NCBI GenBank assembly: GCA_041652815.1
Contig: JBAZGN010000002.1
Span: 302,261 to 366,260 of the forward strand
Length of the DNA: 64,000 nucleotides
Direction of reading: 5' to 3'
Origin: Candidatus Omnitrophota bacterium
GTDB lineage: Bacteria; Omnitrophota; Gorgyraeia; Duberdicusellales; 4484-171
Below are positions 48,755-57,711 of the stretch, one piece after another (the stretch's first letter is position 1; the number at the start of each line of letters is the position of its first letter). Made by a program: the position numbers and the translations under genes. Below the pieces are notes generated by a model, which worked only from the letters and a program-made list of their open reading frames with translations, made no database searches and was not told where the DNA came from.

Positions 48755-49615
48755 ATGATGGAAGATAATTTTATGGAGATAATTCTTAATATAATATCGG
48801 GCGGTCTTTCTGGTGCGTTGTTAGTATGGCTTTTGCGTAATTGGATTTCTGAGCGCATAAAGGAAAGTATAAAGCACGAGTATGCTCAAAGGCTTGAAGC
48901 ATATAAGGCCGAGCTTAACTCCAATATGCAGTCAGCATTACACGAACATCAGTTGTATCAACTTCGAACATCCCTCTTTTTTGAACATCAACGCTTGGCG
49001 TTTGCTTCTATTCTTAGCCAGATTGCTGAAACTAAACAAAAGTGGTTTGATGTTGGGTATGATTCAGAGTTAGGATGGCAAGAACAAGCACCGGTACCTA
49101 CTGGCGAATACGACAAACTTAAAAAGTCCTATTATGATCATCAACTTTTTTTAGATCAGGATTGCATTTTCGCTCTTGACCTAGTGCTTGAGGCCATGCG
49201 CGATTCATTCCCAGTTCAAGATGGCGATGGCACTTTGCATCATAGAGATTGTGAAGAGCCTTACGAGCGGTTGGTATTTTTGCAAGAACGAGTTGCTCTA
49301 CTTTTTCAAGAAAAAATAGGGTTCAGGGTGTCGCAAGAAATGAAGATTGAACTCGCGCTTTTAGGGGCAATTAGATTGCTAAATCGTTATCATTTTAAAG
49401 ATATTGATTTGCCGGTTAAAGGATCTCTGAAATTAACTGCTGATGACAAAGCTTTTGATGCTGTAATCAAGGCGGGCAACAATAAGGTGGAATTGATTTC
49501 AAAGCTAACTGAATTTAGGAATCATCTGGAGAAGGAGGGTTTCTTTCATGATGCATGGGAAAAGGCAACCCGATGTCTTAACCTCCTTTCTGCCGAAAAG
49601 AAAACGCCCGCGTGA
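48755..49615 (+). CDS. hypothetical protein with N-terminal TM helix
   Basis: IILNIISGGLSGALLVWLL anchor; no family recognised. Confidence 0.4.
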   Translation: MMEDNFMEIILNIISGGLSGALLVWLLRNWISERIKESIKHEYAQRLEAYKAELNSNMQSALHEHQLYQLRTSLFFEHQRLAFASILSQIAETKQKWFDVGYDSELGWQEQAPVPTGEYDKLKKSYYDHQLFLDQDCIFALDLVLEAMRDSFPVQDGDGTLHHRDCEEPYERLVFLQERVALLFQEKIGFRVSQEMKIELALLGAIRLLNRYHFKDIDLPVKGSLKLTADDKAFDAVIKAGNNKVELISKLTEFRNHLEKEGFFHDAWEKATRCLNLLSAEKKTPA

Positions 49616-49710
49616 AATTTGAAGCGGTTGGCAAAGAGGTACGAGACTCGTTTGCCCCATTTTATTTAATATAAAACATAGATGATGGTGGTTGGGTAGA
49701 AGGAGATTAG

Positions 49711-50559
49711 ATGTCAGAAAAATCCGATTTAACTGTCCAAGAAGTCTTGGGTAATACAGCTTTGACCGATAAAATCCAAGTTTTATATCACTATACTAGC
49801 ATGGATTCATTAGAGAAAATAATGAAAAATGAGTGCATGCATTTTTCTCATATCTCATGGATGAATGACTATAGCGAATATGATTGGGGTTTAAATATGT
49901 TTCAAGAAAAATTGTTAAAAATGGTCAGCGACAAAACAAAGGAAATGGAAGAGAGTTTTAAGAAATTTATTAATATTATAAAAAAGGATAAGGATAAAGA
50001 TAATCCTTGTGTGGGATCGTTCACGGCTTTAAAAGAATCATTATCTCAATGGCGAGGCTATGGAGATAAGGGTGGTGGTATATGCATAGGTTTTGACGCA
50101 GGCCTTATGAAACGAATTTGCAAAGAAAATAATTTTATTATTGGAGATGTATTGTATGGTGATTCCTTTGATGGGTCTTGTTCTAATTTTCTTGCGAAAA
50201 TTTCTGGTTTTATTTCAGCATATACCAATGATCCAGCAGATGCTTTAGCCAGAGTCGGTATGCTTATTTCTCTTTTAGCTTGTTTTGTTAAACATGAAGG
50301 TTTTCAAGAAGAAAAAGAAATTAGAATAGCGATACCCTTCCCAGAAAAGTTACCCAACAAGCTTAAAGGTAAATTATATGTGCCTTATTTTTTGTTTGAT
50401 TTCAAAGAAAATTTTTCATCAATTTTTAAAGAAATTTGGGTTGGTCCTGCAGCTAACCAAGAACTCTTAGCTAAGTCTGTTTCGCTGCTTATAAATGAGT
50501 GTGGTTTGGATGATTCTTGTAAAATCTATAAATCCAATATACCATACAGAATAATATAA
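49711..50559 (+). CDS. DUF2971-family protein
   Basis: N-terminal LYHYTSMDSLEKIMKNE...SHISWMNDYSE pattern typical of DUF2971. Confidence 0.55.
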   Translation: MSEKSDLTVQEVLGNTALTDKIQVLYHYTSMDSLEKIMKNECMHFSHISWMNDYSEYDWGLNMFQEKLLKMVSDKTKEMEESFKKFINIIKKDKDKDNPCVGSFTALKESLSQWRGYGDKGGGICIGFDAGLMKRICKENNFIIGDVLYGDSFDGSCSNFLAKISGFISAYTNDPADALARVGMLISLLACFVKHEGFQEEKEIRIAIPFPEKLPNKLKGKLYVPYFLFDFKENFSSIFKEIWVGPAANQELLAKSVSLLINECGLDDSCKIYKSNIPYRII

Positions 50560-50697
50560 TTACAAAATAATATTTAGGAATCAATAGTTCACTTTTCTCG
50601 GCAATCGCAGTCGTCCTGTTTCAATCCTTCGGATTTCCACAACGGACTTTGTGCGCTTGCCTTCACCCACATAAAGAAAGAGGAATAACACCTTAAT

Positions 50698-51053
50698 ATT
50701 TCCCCCGCCGCCAGCCGAAAAGGATTTATTGAAAAGGGAAAAAATTGCGCGAAGCGCAAAAGCCTGACGAAAGCGGGTGCCTTGAGGAAGGGTATCAAAA
50801 CGCTACGACCGCGGGATAAACGTGGTTCCGCAGGCTTGCCGAGCCCCGGAGCCGCCCTAGCGGCGCAGGGAGCGCGAGGCAAGACTGCTTGAGAGAGCGA
50901 GCGGCCCAGCGAGCGAGGCAGTGAGCCGAGCGGCAGCGAAGGCGAACGGAGACTCCACCACCCACCAAGCCCGCCCCAGCGGGCGGTGCATATTTCATAC
51001 CAAAAGCAACGGAAGGATGTTTTTGAGAGACTTGTATAAAACGAACCAAGGGT
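50698..51053 (-). repeat. GC-rich long repeat A, copy A2 (inverted relative to A1)
   Basis: Reverse complement matches 33338..33702; spurious ORFs in both copies translate to the same peptides (MVRFIQVSQKHPSVAFGMKYAPP...). Confidence 0.85.
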
Positions 51054-51230
51054 CAACCGAATGTGCGTATGCAGACTTTTTTTCCGGAATTTGAATTTTG
51101 CATAGATTTTTCCTGTCTAAAATATTTGCGCGCGCTTCAGAAAATATAAAATTAAATGGTTCAAAAAAGGCAAAAGAAATTCTTTTTTCCAGATGGGCCG
51201 AACCCACCGGCGGGGCGATTTTGATGTTTT
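51054..51230 (-). repeat. 177-bp repeat B, copy B1 (inverted copy of 55587..55764; contains miaB promoter + first 16 codons in reverse orientation)
   Basis: Reverse complement identical or nearly so to 55587..55764; abuts A2 at shared core cattcggttg. Confidence 0.85.
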
Positions 51231-51299
51231 CCGTCTTGCTCGCCTGCGCGGCTCGCAATCCGCACGCCAATTCCCGAATTGTCGTTAAAAATCAGAGGA

Positions 51300-51385
51300 G
51301 GAGAATTACCCCCACCCACCCAAAATTGTCTCACTGCTCGGGCTCCTGCGCCAGAGGCGCATCCGCTCCCTGCGCGACGAGCCAA
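51300..51385 (+). repeat. third copy (U3) of the ~85-bp GC-rich unit seen at 33786..33993
   Basis: cccccacccacccaaaattgtctcactgctcgggctcc ... ttccctcccctta parallels ccccacccacccaacagtcacagtcgggcggctcc ... ttttccccctaag. Confidence 0.55.
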
Positions 51386-51444
51386 TTCCCTCCCCTTAAT
51401 AATTTACCTTGACACATAGTGTAAAGTGCTGTAAAGTAACGACA

Positions 51445-51627
51445 ATGGAGAAAAGATATAATCTTAGCGAAGCGGCTAAAGAATTGGGTTTAACTCGTCA
51501 GGGCCTTTATTATTGGATAAAGAAGGGTTGGGCTACGCCTAAGCGAGATTATAAGGGGTATCCGGTTTTCACTGAAATTGATTTAAAAAAGATTAAAGAG
51601 TGGCGTGATAAGTTAGAGAATTTCTAA
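51445..51627 (+). CDS. small HTH DNA-binding protein, excisionase/AlpA/MerR-like (candidate recombination directionality factor)
   Basis: MEKRYNLSEAAKELGLTRQGLYYWIKKG helix-turn-helix; promoter-like cttgac...taaagt upstream; lies in the recombinase cassette. Confidence 0.5.
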   Translation: MEKRYNLSEAAKELGLTRQGLYYWIKKGWATPKRDYKGYPVFTEIDLKKIKEWRDKLENF

Positions 51628-53456
51628 TGGAAAATAAAGAAGCAGTTAGATATATTAACGATTTAATTCAAAATATCCTTCCTGGGGTGGCAATCGATAT
51701 CCATCAGCAAAACCATTTTAACTATTCTTTTAACGTCAAAAATAACGGAGAATCATGTAATATCATTTTCGGGCGCGATGATATGGATGATTTTGATAAA
51801 GCTCTGCAAAGTGATCATAACTCTGATTATTATCGTGGATTAGAGGGGAGTATTAAATTTAAAATTTATATCTCATTAGGAAAAGCTGGTCTTATCCCTA
51901 AATTTCCGATTGCTAAACAAATTTTGGATGAAAAGCGAGATTGGCATAATGATGTTATGGTCCATTTTGTTCGAGAAGATTGGTTTTATAAGGTTTTAGA
52001 GGTCGGACTTAAAGACCTAAAAATGTTTCTGGAAGATATTATAGAAAAACATGGTCCTCAATCAGAGATTGAAAATGAACTGGAACATATCGAAGGATTA
52101 TTGTCCTATTACAATAAACATAAAAGTTTTGAGGAAAGAGGAGCCTCTGACGTTAGTCTGGGTTATCTGAAAGCGGCAGCTATTGCCGTGGTTCTTAAAA
52201 AAGAAAAAGAGTGTCAAGAAATAAAAATTCCACGCGTTTTGCAAACTAAAAATAAAGAAATCTATGATATTGTTGATGAACTAAGAAAAGATTTTTTTCT
52301 ACAGACAAAAATGCCAGATTGCGTGTATGATTATGCTGAAAATATTAATTTAGGTCATGGGAGGAAAGAAGATGAATTTCAGATGGTCAATATCCCTTGC
52401 GGGCCTTTAGCAAAACAGACATGCGATTTGAAAACAAAAATTGATCAGGATTTTTCTAAGAAAAATATTTTTATTGATATCCCATATACTAACTATGAAG
52501 ATTGTGAATTAGCTTTAAGAGAATTATTGAAAGAATTTGGGTTTAACCCGGTCGTCGCTAAAGACAGGTTAACTTGCAATGCAGTCCTTTGTAAGGTTTG
52601 CAAATTAGTAAAAATATGTAGATTTGGAATTGTAGACATATCTTCTGCAAGTAATAGTGTTGCTTATGAATATGGATTAATGCATGGATTAGGCATGAAA
52701 GTTTGTCTTTTGTTACGTACAGAGAGTGAAAAGTTTACTGATATAGAAGGATTGGAACATATCTCTTACTCGGGGTTAACTAGCCTTAAGATTGCAGTTT
52801 CAAGGTGGATTCTAGATAATATTGATGACATTAATCGTTCTTTAGTGGAAGAATTTATTTCAAAAAATGAGAGCTTACTCAAAGAAAATGGGGATACACC
52901 TTTGCAACTCCTATTACCTAAATCCATTATTGAATCGTCAAGAGAAGTAGGGTTGCAACCTGTTGACTCAAAAATTCTTGAAATATTGGGGGACATTATT
53001 ATTGCAAAGGAAGATGTGGGAATGATTGTAGAAACCATAGCAGAAGTTATAAAAAATGCAGAAAAATATAAAATTTCTCAAGAGGATGTTTTTGAATCAT
53101 TAGATGTGTTGGAATCAAGATATTTTTTGAAAATTTTAAAACATCTTGGTGATCCAAAAACCTATCATCTTAGTATTTCGATATCCGGATTTCTTAAGTA
53201 TTGTGAATTATATTTAAGAAACTTTGGAGAAATAGTAAAAAGTATAGCCTATGAGATATTAAAAAATAATATTATGTCCAGCAAGGAGATATCTCAAAAA
53301 GTTAATTGTAAGCCAATAGTAGCATATGCTTTATTCAAGTTTTTAGAGGAAAATGACTATATAATGGCTTCAGAACATGCGATAACGCAAGATATTGTAA
53401 TTTACGACCTTAAAGGCGATGGTAAAAGATGGTTCAATGATGTTCTCAATTCTTAA
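51627..53456 (+). CDS. hypothetical 609-aa protein with central nucleoside 2-deoxyribosyltransferase-like (NDT/TIR-like Rossmann) domain
   Basis: FIDIPY...FGIVDISSASNSVAYEYGLMHGLGMKVCLL resembles the NDT motif D..S.G...E.GyA.A.GKPV with conserved Glu; N- and C-terminal domains unrecognised. Confidence 0.45.
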   Translation: MENKEAVRYINDLIQNILPGVAIDIHQQNHFNYSFNVKNNGESCNIIFGRDDMDDFDKALQSDHNSDYYRGLEGSIKFKIYISLGKAGLIPKFPIAKQILDEKRDWHNDVMVHFVREDWFYKVLEVGLKDLKMFLEDIIEKHGPQSEIENELEHIEGLLSYYNKHKSFEERGASDVSLGYLKAAAIAVVLKKEKECQEIKIPRVLQTKNKEIYDIVDELRKDFFLQTKMPDCVYDYAENINLGHGRKEDEFQMVNIPCGPLAKQTCDLKTKIDQDFSKKNIFIDIPYTNYEDCELALRELLKEFGFNPVVAKDRLTCNAVLCKVCKLVKICRFGIVDISSASNSVAYEYGLMHGLGMKVCLLLRTESEKFTDIEGLEHISYSGLTSLKIAVSRWILDNIDDINRSLVEEFISKNESLLKENGDTPLQLLLPKSIIESSREVGLQPVDSKILEILGDIIIAKEDVGMIVETIAEVIKNAEKYKISQEDVFESLDVLESRYFLKILKHLGDPKTYHLSISISGFLKYCELYLRNFGEIVKSIAYEILKNNIMSSKEISQKVNCKPIVAYALFKFLEENDYIMASEHAITQDIVIYDLKGDGKRWFNDVLNS

Positions 53457-53471
53457 TATCAGGCAATGAAT

Positions 53472-53546
53472 ATGTTTATAGGGATTTATATTAGAGTCTC
53501 AACCGAAGACCAAGCGTAGGAGAATTATTCTCTTGAAGTGCAATGA
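53472..53546 (+). pseudogene. fossil fragment of a serine recombinase N-terminus
   Basis: MFIGIYIRVSTEDQA*..ENYSLEVQ* parallels the intact recombinase MKVVFYTRVSTEDQAKEGYSLEVQ at nucleotide level. Confidence 0.6.
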
Positions 53547-53610
53547 CAATATTTAATCTATTATGAAAAATTAAAGCAGAGTCGTAGGAATTGATTGAGG
53601 AGTGAAATAG

Positions 53611-54126
53611 ATGAAAAAGAAACTGTGGGATGAAAAAAAATATACTGATATTTTAAAAGAAGTTGGTGAGGGGCGTTATAAAATCTTCAATCCAGATGAC
53701 CCTTTTATATCGTATTTGTCGCCTGGATTATTTGATAAGTATGAATATAAATTTAACTGTGTTTGTCTTGCTACATCCACAACTATTGCTACTGCGACAG
53801 TGGATTACAAGTGCGAAGGGTTTCTTATACCGAAACATTCTCAGGTAGTGTTATGGCGCAATTTTCGCTATTGTACTCATGACGGATCACCTCACCTTAA
53901 TGCAGATGATAATATTATATTTCCTGACCAATCTGGCGATGTATGGAAAGTTTCTAAAACAGATGCCTACGATCATTATGTCGCAATTGCTTCATGGGCA
54001 GGACTTCAGACTATCACATCGGTCTATCATTTACCCGATCAACCTTGTGGTTTGTATCCGCAGTATATTGAGAAGGGCGCAAACGTGCCAGTGAAATTTG
54101 TTAAAGTTGAAAGCGATAAACCATGA
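53611..54126 (+). CDS. hypothetical 171-aa protein
   Basis: RBS gaggagtg; no family recognised; immediately upstream of and overlapping the recombinase start. Confidence 0.4.
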   Translation: MKKKLWDEKKYTDILKEVGEGRYKIFNPDDPFISYLSPGLFDKYEYKFNCVCLATSTTIATATVDYKCEGFLIPKHSQVVLWRNFRYCTHDGSPHLNADDNIIFPDQSGDVWKVSKTDAYDHYVAIASWAGLQTITSVYHLPDQPCGLYPQYIEKGANVPVKFVKVESDKP

Positions 54127-55772
54127 AAGTAGTTTTTTACACTCGCGTATCAACCGAAGATCAAGCTAAAGAAGGCTATTCGCTTGAGGTCCAAAGGGAA
54201 TATCTTGAATCTTTTGCTGAACGTGAAGGTTTTGAAATCTTCAAAGTTTACTGTGATGATGGTATAAGCGCTTATTCAACACGCAGACCTGCGTTACAGG
54301 GGTTACTTGCTGACGCGAAGGCAAAGCGGTTTGAGTTAGTGCTGGTTTATAAAATAGACAGGTTTAGCCGGAATCTTAAAGACTTACTGATTTTGGTTGA
54401 TGAGCTTTTGGGCTATGGCGTGGGGTTTAAGTCTGCCACAGAGCCGTTTGATTCTACAACGTCAGCCGGAAAGTTGATGTTTCAGCAATTGGGTAGCTTT
54501 GCGGAGTTCGAGCGCAATAGGTTAGCGGAGCGTGTATTCCCCGGCATGATTAAAGGTGTTCAGGCTGGGAATTGGCAGGGCGCTCGGTATGCGCCATTTG
54601 GGTATCACTATAACAAGCCGGAAAAGCTTCTTGAGGTGGTTGATGATGAGGCAAAGGTTGTCCGGTTGATTTATCAGATGTATCTTGAAGGCAGAAGCAC
54701 GCGGGATATTGTTAATTATTTGAATCGCAATGGTTTTAAATCCCGCGCCGGTTTAAAGTTTTACGATAAGTTTATCGGTGATGTTTTGAAGAACCGCATT
54801 TATACCGGCCAACTTATTTGGAATAAAAAGCATTACGACAAGAACCAGAAAACCAAAAAGCATTTCAAATATGTCAAAAATGACCCTGCCAAAATTATTA
54901 TTTCCCAAGGCCGTCACCAGCCGATTATTTCCTTGGAAGATTTTGAGAAAGCTCAAAATCTTCTTGCCAATAAAAAACGCACTTGGCGGCCAAGAGTAAG
55001 AAATCAGGAATATCTTTTATCTGGCTTGTTAAGTTGTGCCAAGTGTAATTCAAATTATTGCGGCAACCTTTCCATATCTAATCATCATACCGGTATCAAG
55101 AAGCGCTGGTATCGTTGTTCCGGTCCGCTGTCCCACGGCATTAGGTGCAAGAACCGCGCCGTCAAAGCCGCCGAAGTTGAAGCCTTGACTGACAGTGTTG
55201 TTGCTCGTTTAGTGGAAAGTGAGGGGTTTAAAGACAGCCGATGGACGACCGTGACTGGCACAAATGGGAGTTTTTCCGCGTTTTTTGACCAAAACCCTGC
55301 CAGTCTTCGCCAAGAGCTTGTTGAAAACAAGCAAAAACAAGGAAAGCTTACTGACGCTTACCTGGATAATTTGCTTGGCGAAGACGTTTTTCATGCTAAG
55401 ATGGATGAGCTTCGTTTGCGCGAAGATGAGCTGAAGAAAAACCTTGCCGGCATTGAACTTTTGGCGCTTGAGCGTGAGCGCTCCGAGGGGTATCTGAACA
55501 GGGTTAAGGACTTTCTTGACGGTTACGACGAAGGGCTTACCAAGGTAGGTTTTGAACACAAAAGGCAGATGGCCGGACTGCTTTTTAAAAACATCAAAAT
55601 CGCCCCGCCGGTGGGTTCGGCCCATCTGGAAAAAAGAATTTCTTTTGCCTTTTTTGAACCATTTAATTTTATATTTTCTGAAGCGCGCGCAAATATTTTA
55701 GACAGGAAAAATCTATGCAAAATTCAAATTCCGGAAAAAAAGTCTGCATACGCACATTCGGTTGTCAAATGA
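54123..55772 (+). CDS. large serine recombinase (resolvase/invertase catalytic domain + recombinase domain + zinc ribbon)
   Basis: YTRVSTEDQ with catalytic Ser, LVVYKIDRFSRN motif, C-rich zinc-ribbon region (CAKCNSNYCG...CSGP...C); final ~60 codons lie inside repeat B2. Confidence 0.85.
   Translation: MKVVFYTRVSTEDQAKEGYSLEVQREYLESFAEREGFEIFKVYCDDGISAYSTRRPALQGLLADAKAKRFELVLVYKIDRFSRNLKDLLILVDELLGYGVGFKSATEPFDSTTSAGKLMFQQLGSFAEFERNRLAERVFPGMIKGVQAGNWQGARYAPFGYHYNKPEKLLEVVDDEAKVVRLIYQMYLEGRSTRDIVNYLNRNGFKSRAGLKFYDKFIGDVLKNRIYTGQLIWNKKHYDKNQKTKKHFKYVKNDPAKIIISQGRHQPIISLEDFEKAQNLLANKKRTWRPRVRNQEYLLSGLLSCAKCNSNYCGNLSISNHHTGIKKRWYRCSGPLSHGIRCKNRAVKAAEVEALTDSVVARLVESEGFKDSRWTTVTGTNGSFSAFFDQNPASLRQELVENKQKQGKLTDAYLDNLLGEDVFHAKMDELRLREDELKKNLAGIELLALERERSEGYLNRVKDFLDGYDEGLTKVGFEHKRQMAGLLFKNIKIAPPVGSAHLEKRISFAFFEPFNFIFSEARANILDRKNLCKIQIPEKKSAYAHSVVK
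55587..55764 (+). repeat. 177-bp repeat B, copy B2 (recombinase 3' end + miaB promoter and first 16 codons)
   Basis: Inverted copy of 51054..51230; ends at core cattcggttg inside the miaB start. Confidence 0.85.
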
Positions 55773-56896
55773 ACGTCAGGGACAGCGAAGCTCTGCTTGG
55801 ATTATTTTTGGAGAAGGGATACAAGAGCGCAGATAATCCAAAAGACGCGGATGTGATTTTGCTTAATACCTGCGCCGTTCGTGCGCATGCCGAGCATCGT
55901 GTTAGGTCAATATTAGGCTCATATAAAAAGCTGTCAGCTTTCAGTCGTCAGTCATCAGCCAGCAAGAAAAATAAAGCTGAAAGCCGGAAGCTGAGGGCTG
56001 ACAGCTGTAAGATAATCGGTCTAATCGGCTGTATGGCAGCTAACAGCGGCAAAGAGATATTTGAACGAATGCCGCACGTGAATTTGATTGTATCGCCGGC
56101 AAAATTACATAAAATTCCCGCGTATATAGAAAAAATAAAGAAAGAAAATATAAGAATAATCGATTTGGAGGATAAAGAAAGGGAAGAGGATTTTTATAAT
56201 GCTTCTTACCGCGTAAAACCAGGCTATGCGCAAGTCGTAATTTCTACAGGATGTTCCAACTATTGCTCTTATTGCGTTGTGCCGAGCGTTCGTGGGGAGT
56301 TACGTTTGCGAAAGCCAAAGGATATTATTGCGGAAGTTAAAAGAAATGTTTCCCTGGGGATTAAAAAGATTACTTTGCTTGGGCAAAATGTTAATGATTA
56401 TCGCGATAAGCAGGGTGTAAATTTCGTTGATTTGTTGAAAATGGTTGAAGAGCTTGACGGGGTTGAGGAAATTGATTTTCTTACACCACACCCTAAAAAC
56501 ACCACAAAAGAATTATTTAAACTAATGGCTAAATCAAAAAAGATTAGAAAGTATTTACATTTGCCATATCAGTCCGGTTCTGATAAAATCTTACGCCTTA
56601 TGCATAGAGGTTATACCAAGAAGGAATATCTCGCGCTAGTAGACGACTATAAAACAATAGTCGGTGGCACCATTGGAACAGATATTATAGTTGGTTTCCC
56701 AACGGAAACAGAAGAAGATTTCCTGCATACTAAAGACATTCTGGAAAAAGTAAGGTTTATGGGCGCTTATATATTCAAATATTCTCCACGTCCCGGAACG
56801 CATGCGCAGAAATTAAAAGATGATGTGCCGCAGAGAGTTAAAGAGAAAAGGCACGCGGAGCTTTTGGAATTACAAAAGAAAATATCCAATGCATAA
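55715..56896 (+). CDS. miaB: tRNA methylthiotransferase (radical SAM MTTase, MiaB-like)
   Basis: N-terminal TFGCQMN, radical SAM CxxxCxxC (CSNYCSYC), TRAM C-terminus; low-complexity insert SRQSSASKKNKAESRKLRADS. Confidence 0.85.
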   Translation: MQNSNSGKKVCIRTFGCQMNVRDSEALLGLFLEKGYKSADNPKDADVILLNTCAVRAHAEHRVRSILGSYKKLSAFSRQSSASKKNKAESRKLRADSCKIIGLIGCMAANSGKEIFERMPHVNLIVSPAKLHKIPAYIEKIKKENIRIIDLEDKEREEDFYNASYRVKPGYAQVVISTGCSNYCSYCVVPSVRGELRLRKPKDIIAEVKRNVSLGIKKITLLGQNVNDYRDKQGVNFVDLLKMVEELDGVEEIDFLTPHPKNTTKELFKLMAKSKKIRKYLHLPYQSGSDKILRLMHRGYTKKEYLALVDDYKTIVGGTIGTDIIVGFPTETEEDFLHTKDILEKVRFMGAYIFKYSPRPGTHAQKLKDDVPQRVKEKRHAELLELQKKISNA

Positions 56897-57632
56897 AAAT
56901 ATTTTTAAAATGTCTTTCGTCTTTGGTCTTTGGTCTATTGTCCTTTGTCTATCTCTTTATGCTGCCTCTCTGGATGAAGCCTATAAGGATTATCTTAATA
57001 ATGATTACGAAGAGGCACTGCAGAAAGCAAAGTCTTTAACGCAGAATGACGAAGTTTTGTATTTTTTGGGCCTGGTTTATACAAAAATTGGAAACTACCC
57101 TCAGGCGCGCGAATACCTGATTCTGCTTACCAGCAATTACCCTAGGTCAAAATTCTATGAGCAAGGCGTGTTAAAAATGGCGGATACATATTTTCTTGAA
57201 GGAGATTCATCGAAGGCGCGTCCGTTTTATGAGAGTATAGAAAAAAAATTAACTGCTTCGAATTATCTGCCGTTAGCTTATTTAAGGCTTAGCCAGATAG
57301 CCGCAAAAGAGGGAAGATGGGAAGACAAAAAAAGATATATTAATCTTCTAAAAGAGAAATACCCGCTAAGTAACGAACTGCTTCTTGCAGATACTCTCAA
57401 AAAACAGGAAGATTTTTTTACCATACAGGTTGGAGCCTTCAGCAACAGCAAAAATGCCATTAACCTCAAGAATGATTTGGATGAAAAATATGACGTCTAT
57501 ATTCTTGAGGATAAGAATGAAAACTATGTATTATACAAGGTAAGAGTGGGTAAATTCAAAGACAGAAAAGAAGCAGAAAGAACGTGGGGAAGGCTGGTTA
57601 AGCAAGGGTATCCGGCACGGATATTTCCGTAA
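56889..57632 (+). CDS. TPR-repeat protein with C-terminal SPOR (peptidoglycan-binding) domain
   Basis: Signal peptide, TPR-like helices, C-terminal FTIQVGAFSNSKNAINLKNDL...YKVRVGKF SPOR pattern. Confidence 0.6.
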   Translation: MHKNIFKMSFVFGLWSIVLCLSLYAASLDEAYKDYLNNDYEEALQKAKSLTQNDEVLYFLGLVYTKIGNYPQAREYLILLTSNYPRSKFYEQGVLKMADTYFLEGDSSKARPFYESIEKKLTASNYLPLAYLRLSQIAAKEGRWEDKKRYINLLKEKYPLSNELLLADTLKKQEDFFTIQVGAFSNSKNAINLKNDLDEKYDVYILEDKNENYVLYKVRVGKFKDRKEAERTWGRLVKQGYPARIFP

Positions 57633-57711
57633 ATTTTTGTAACAGGTAACACGTATCAAGTATCACGTTTAAAACGTGTTACGTGGTATCTGTTACTTGA
57701 TACAAAATCAT

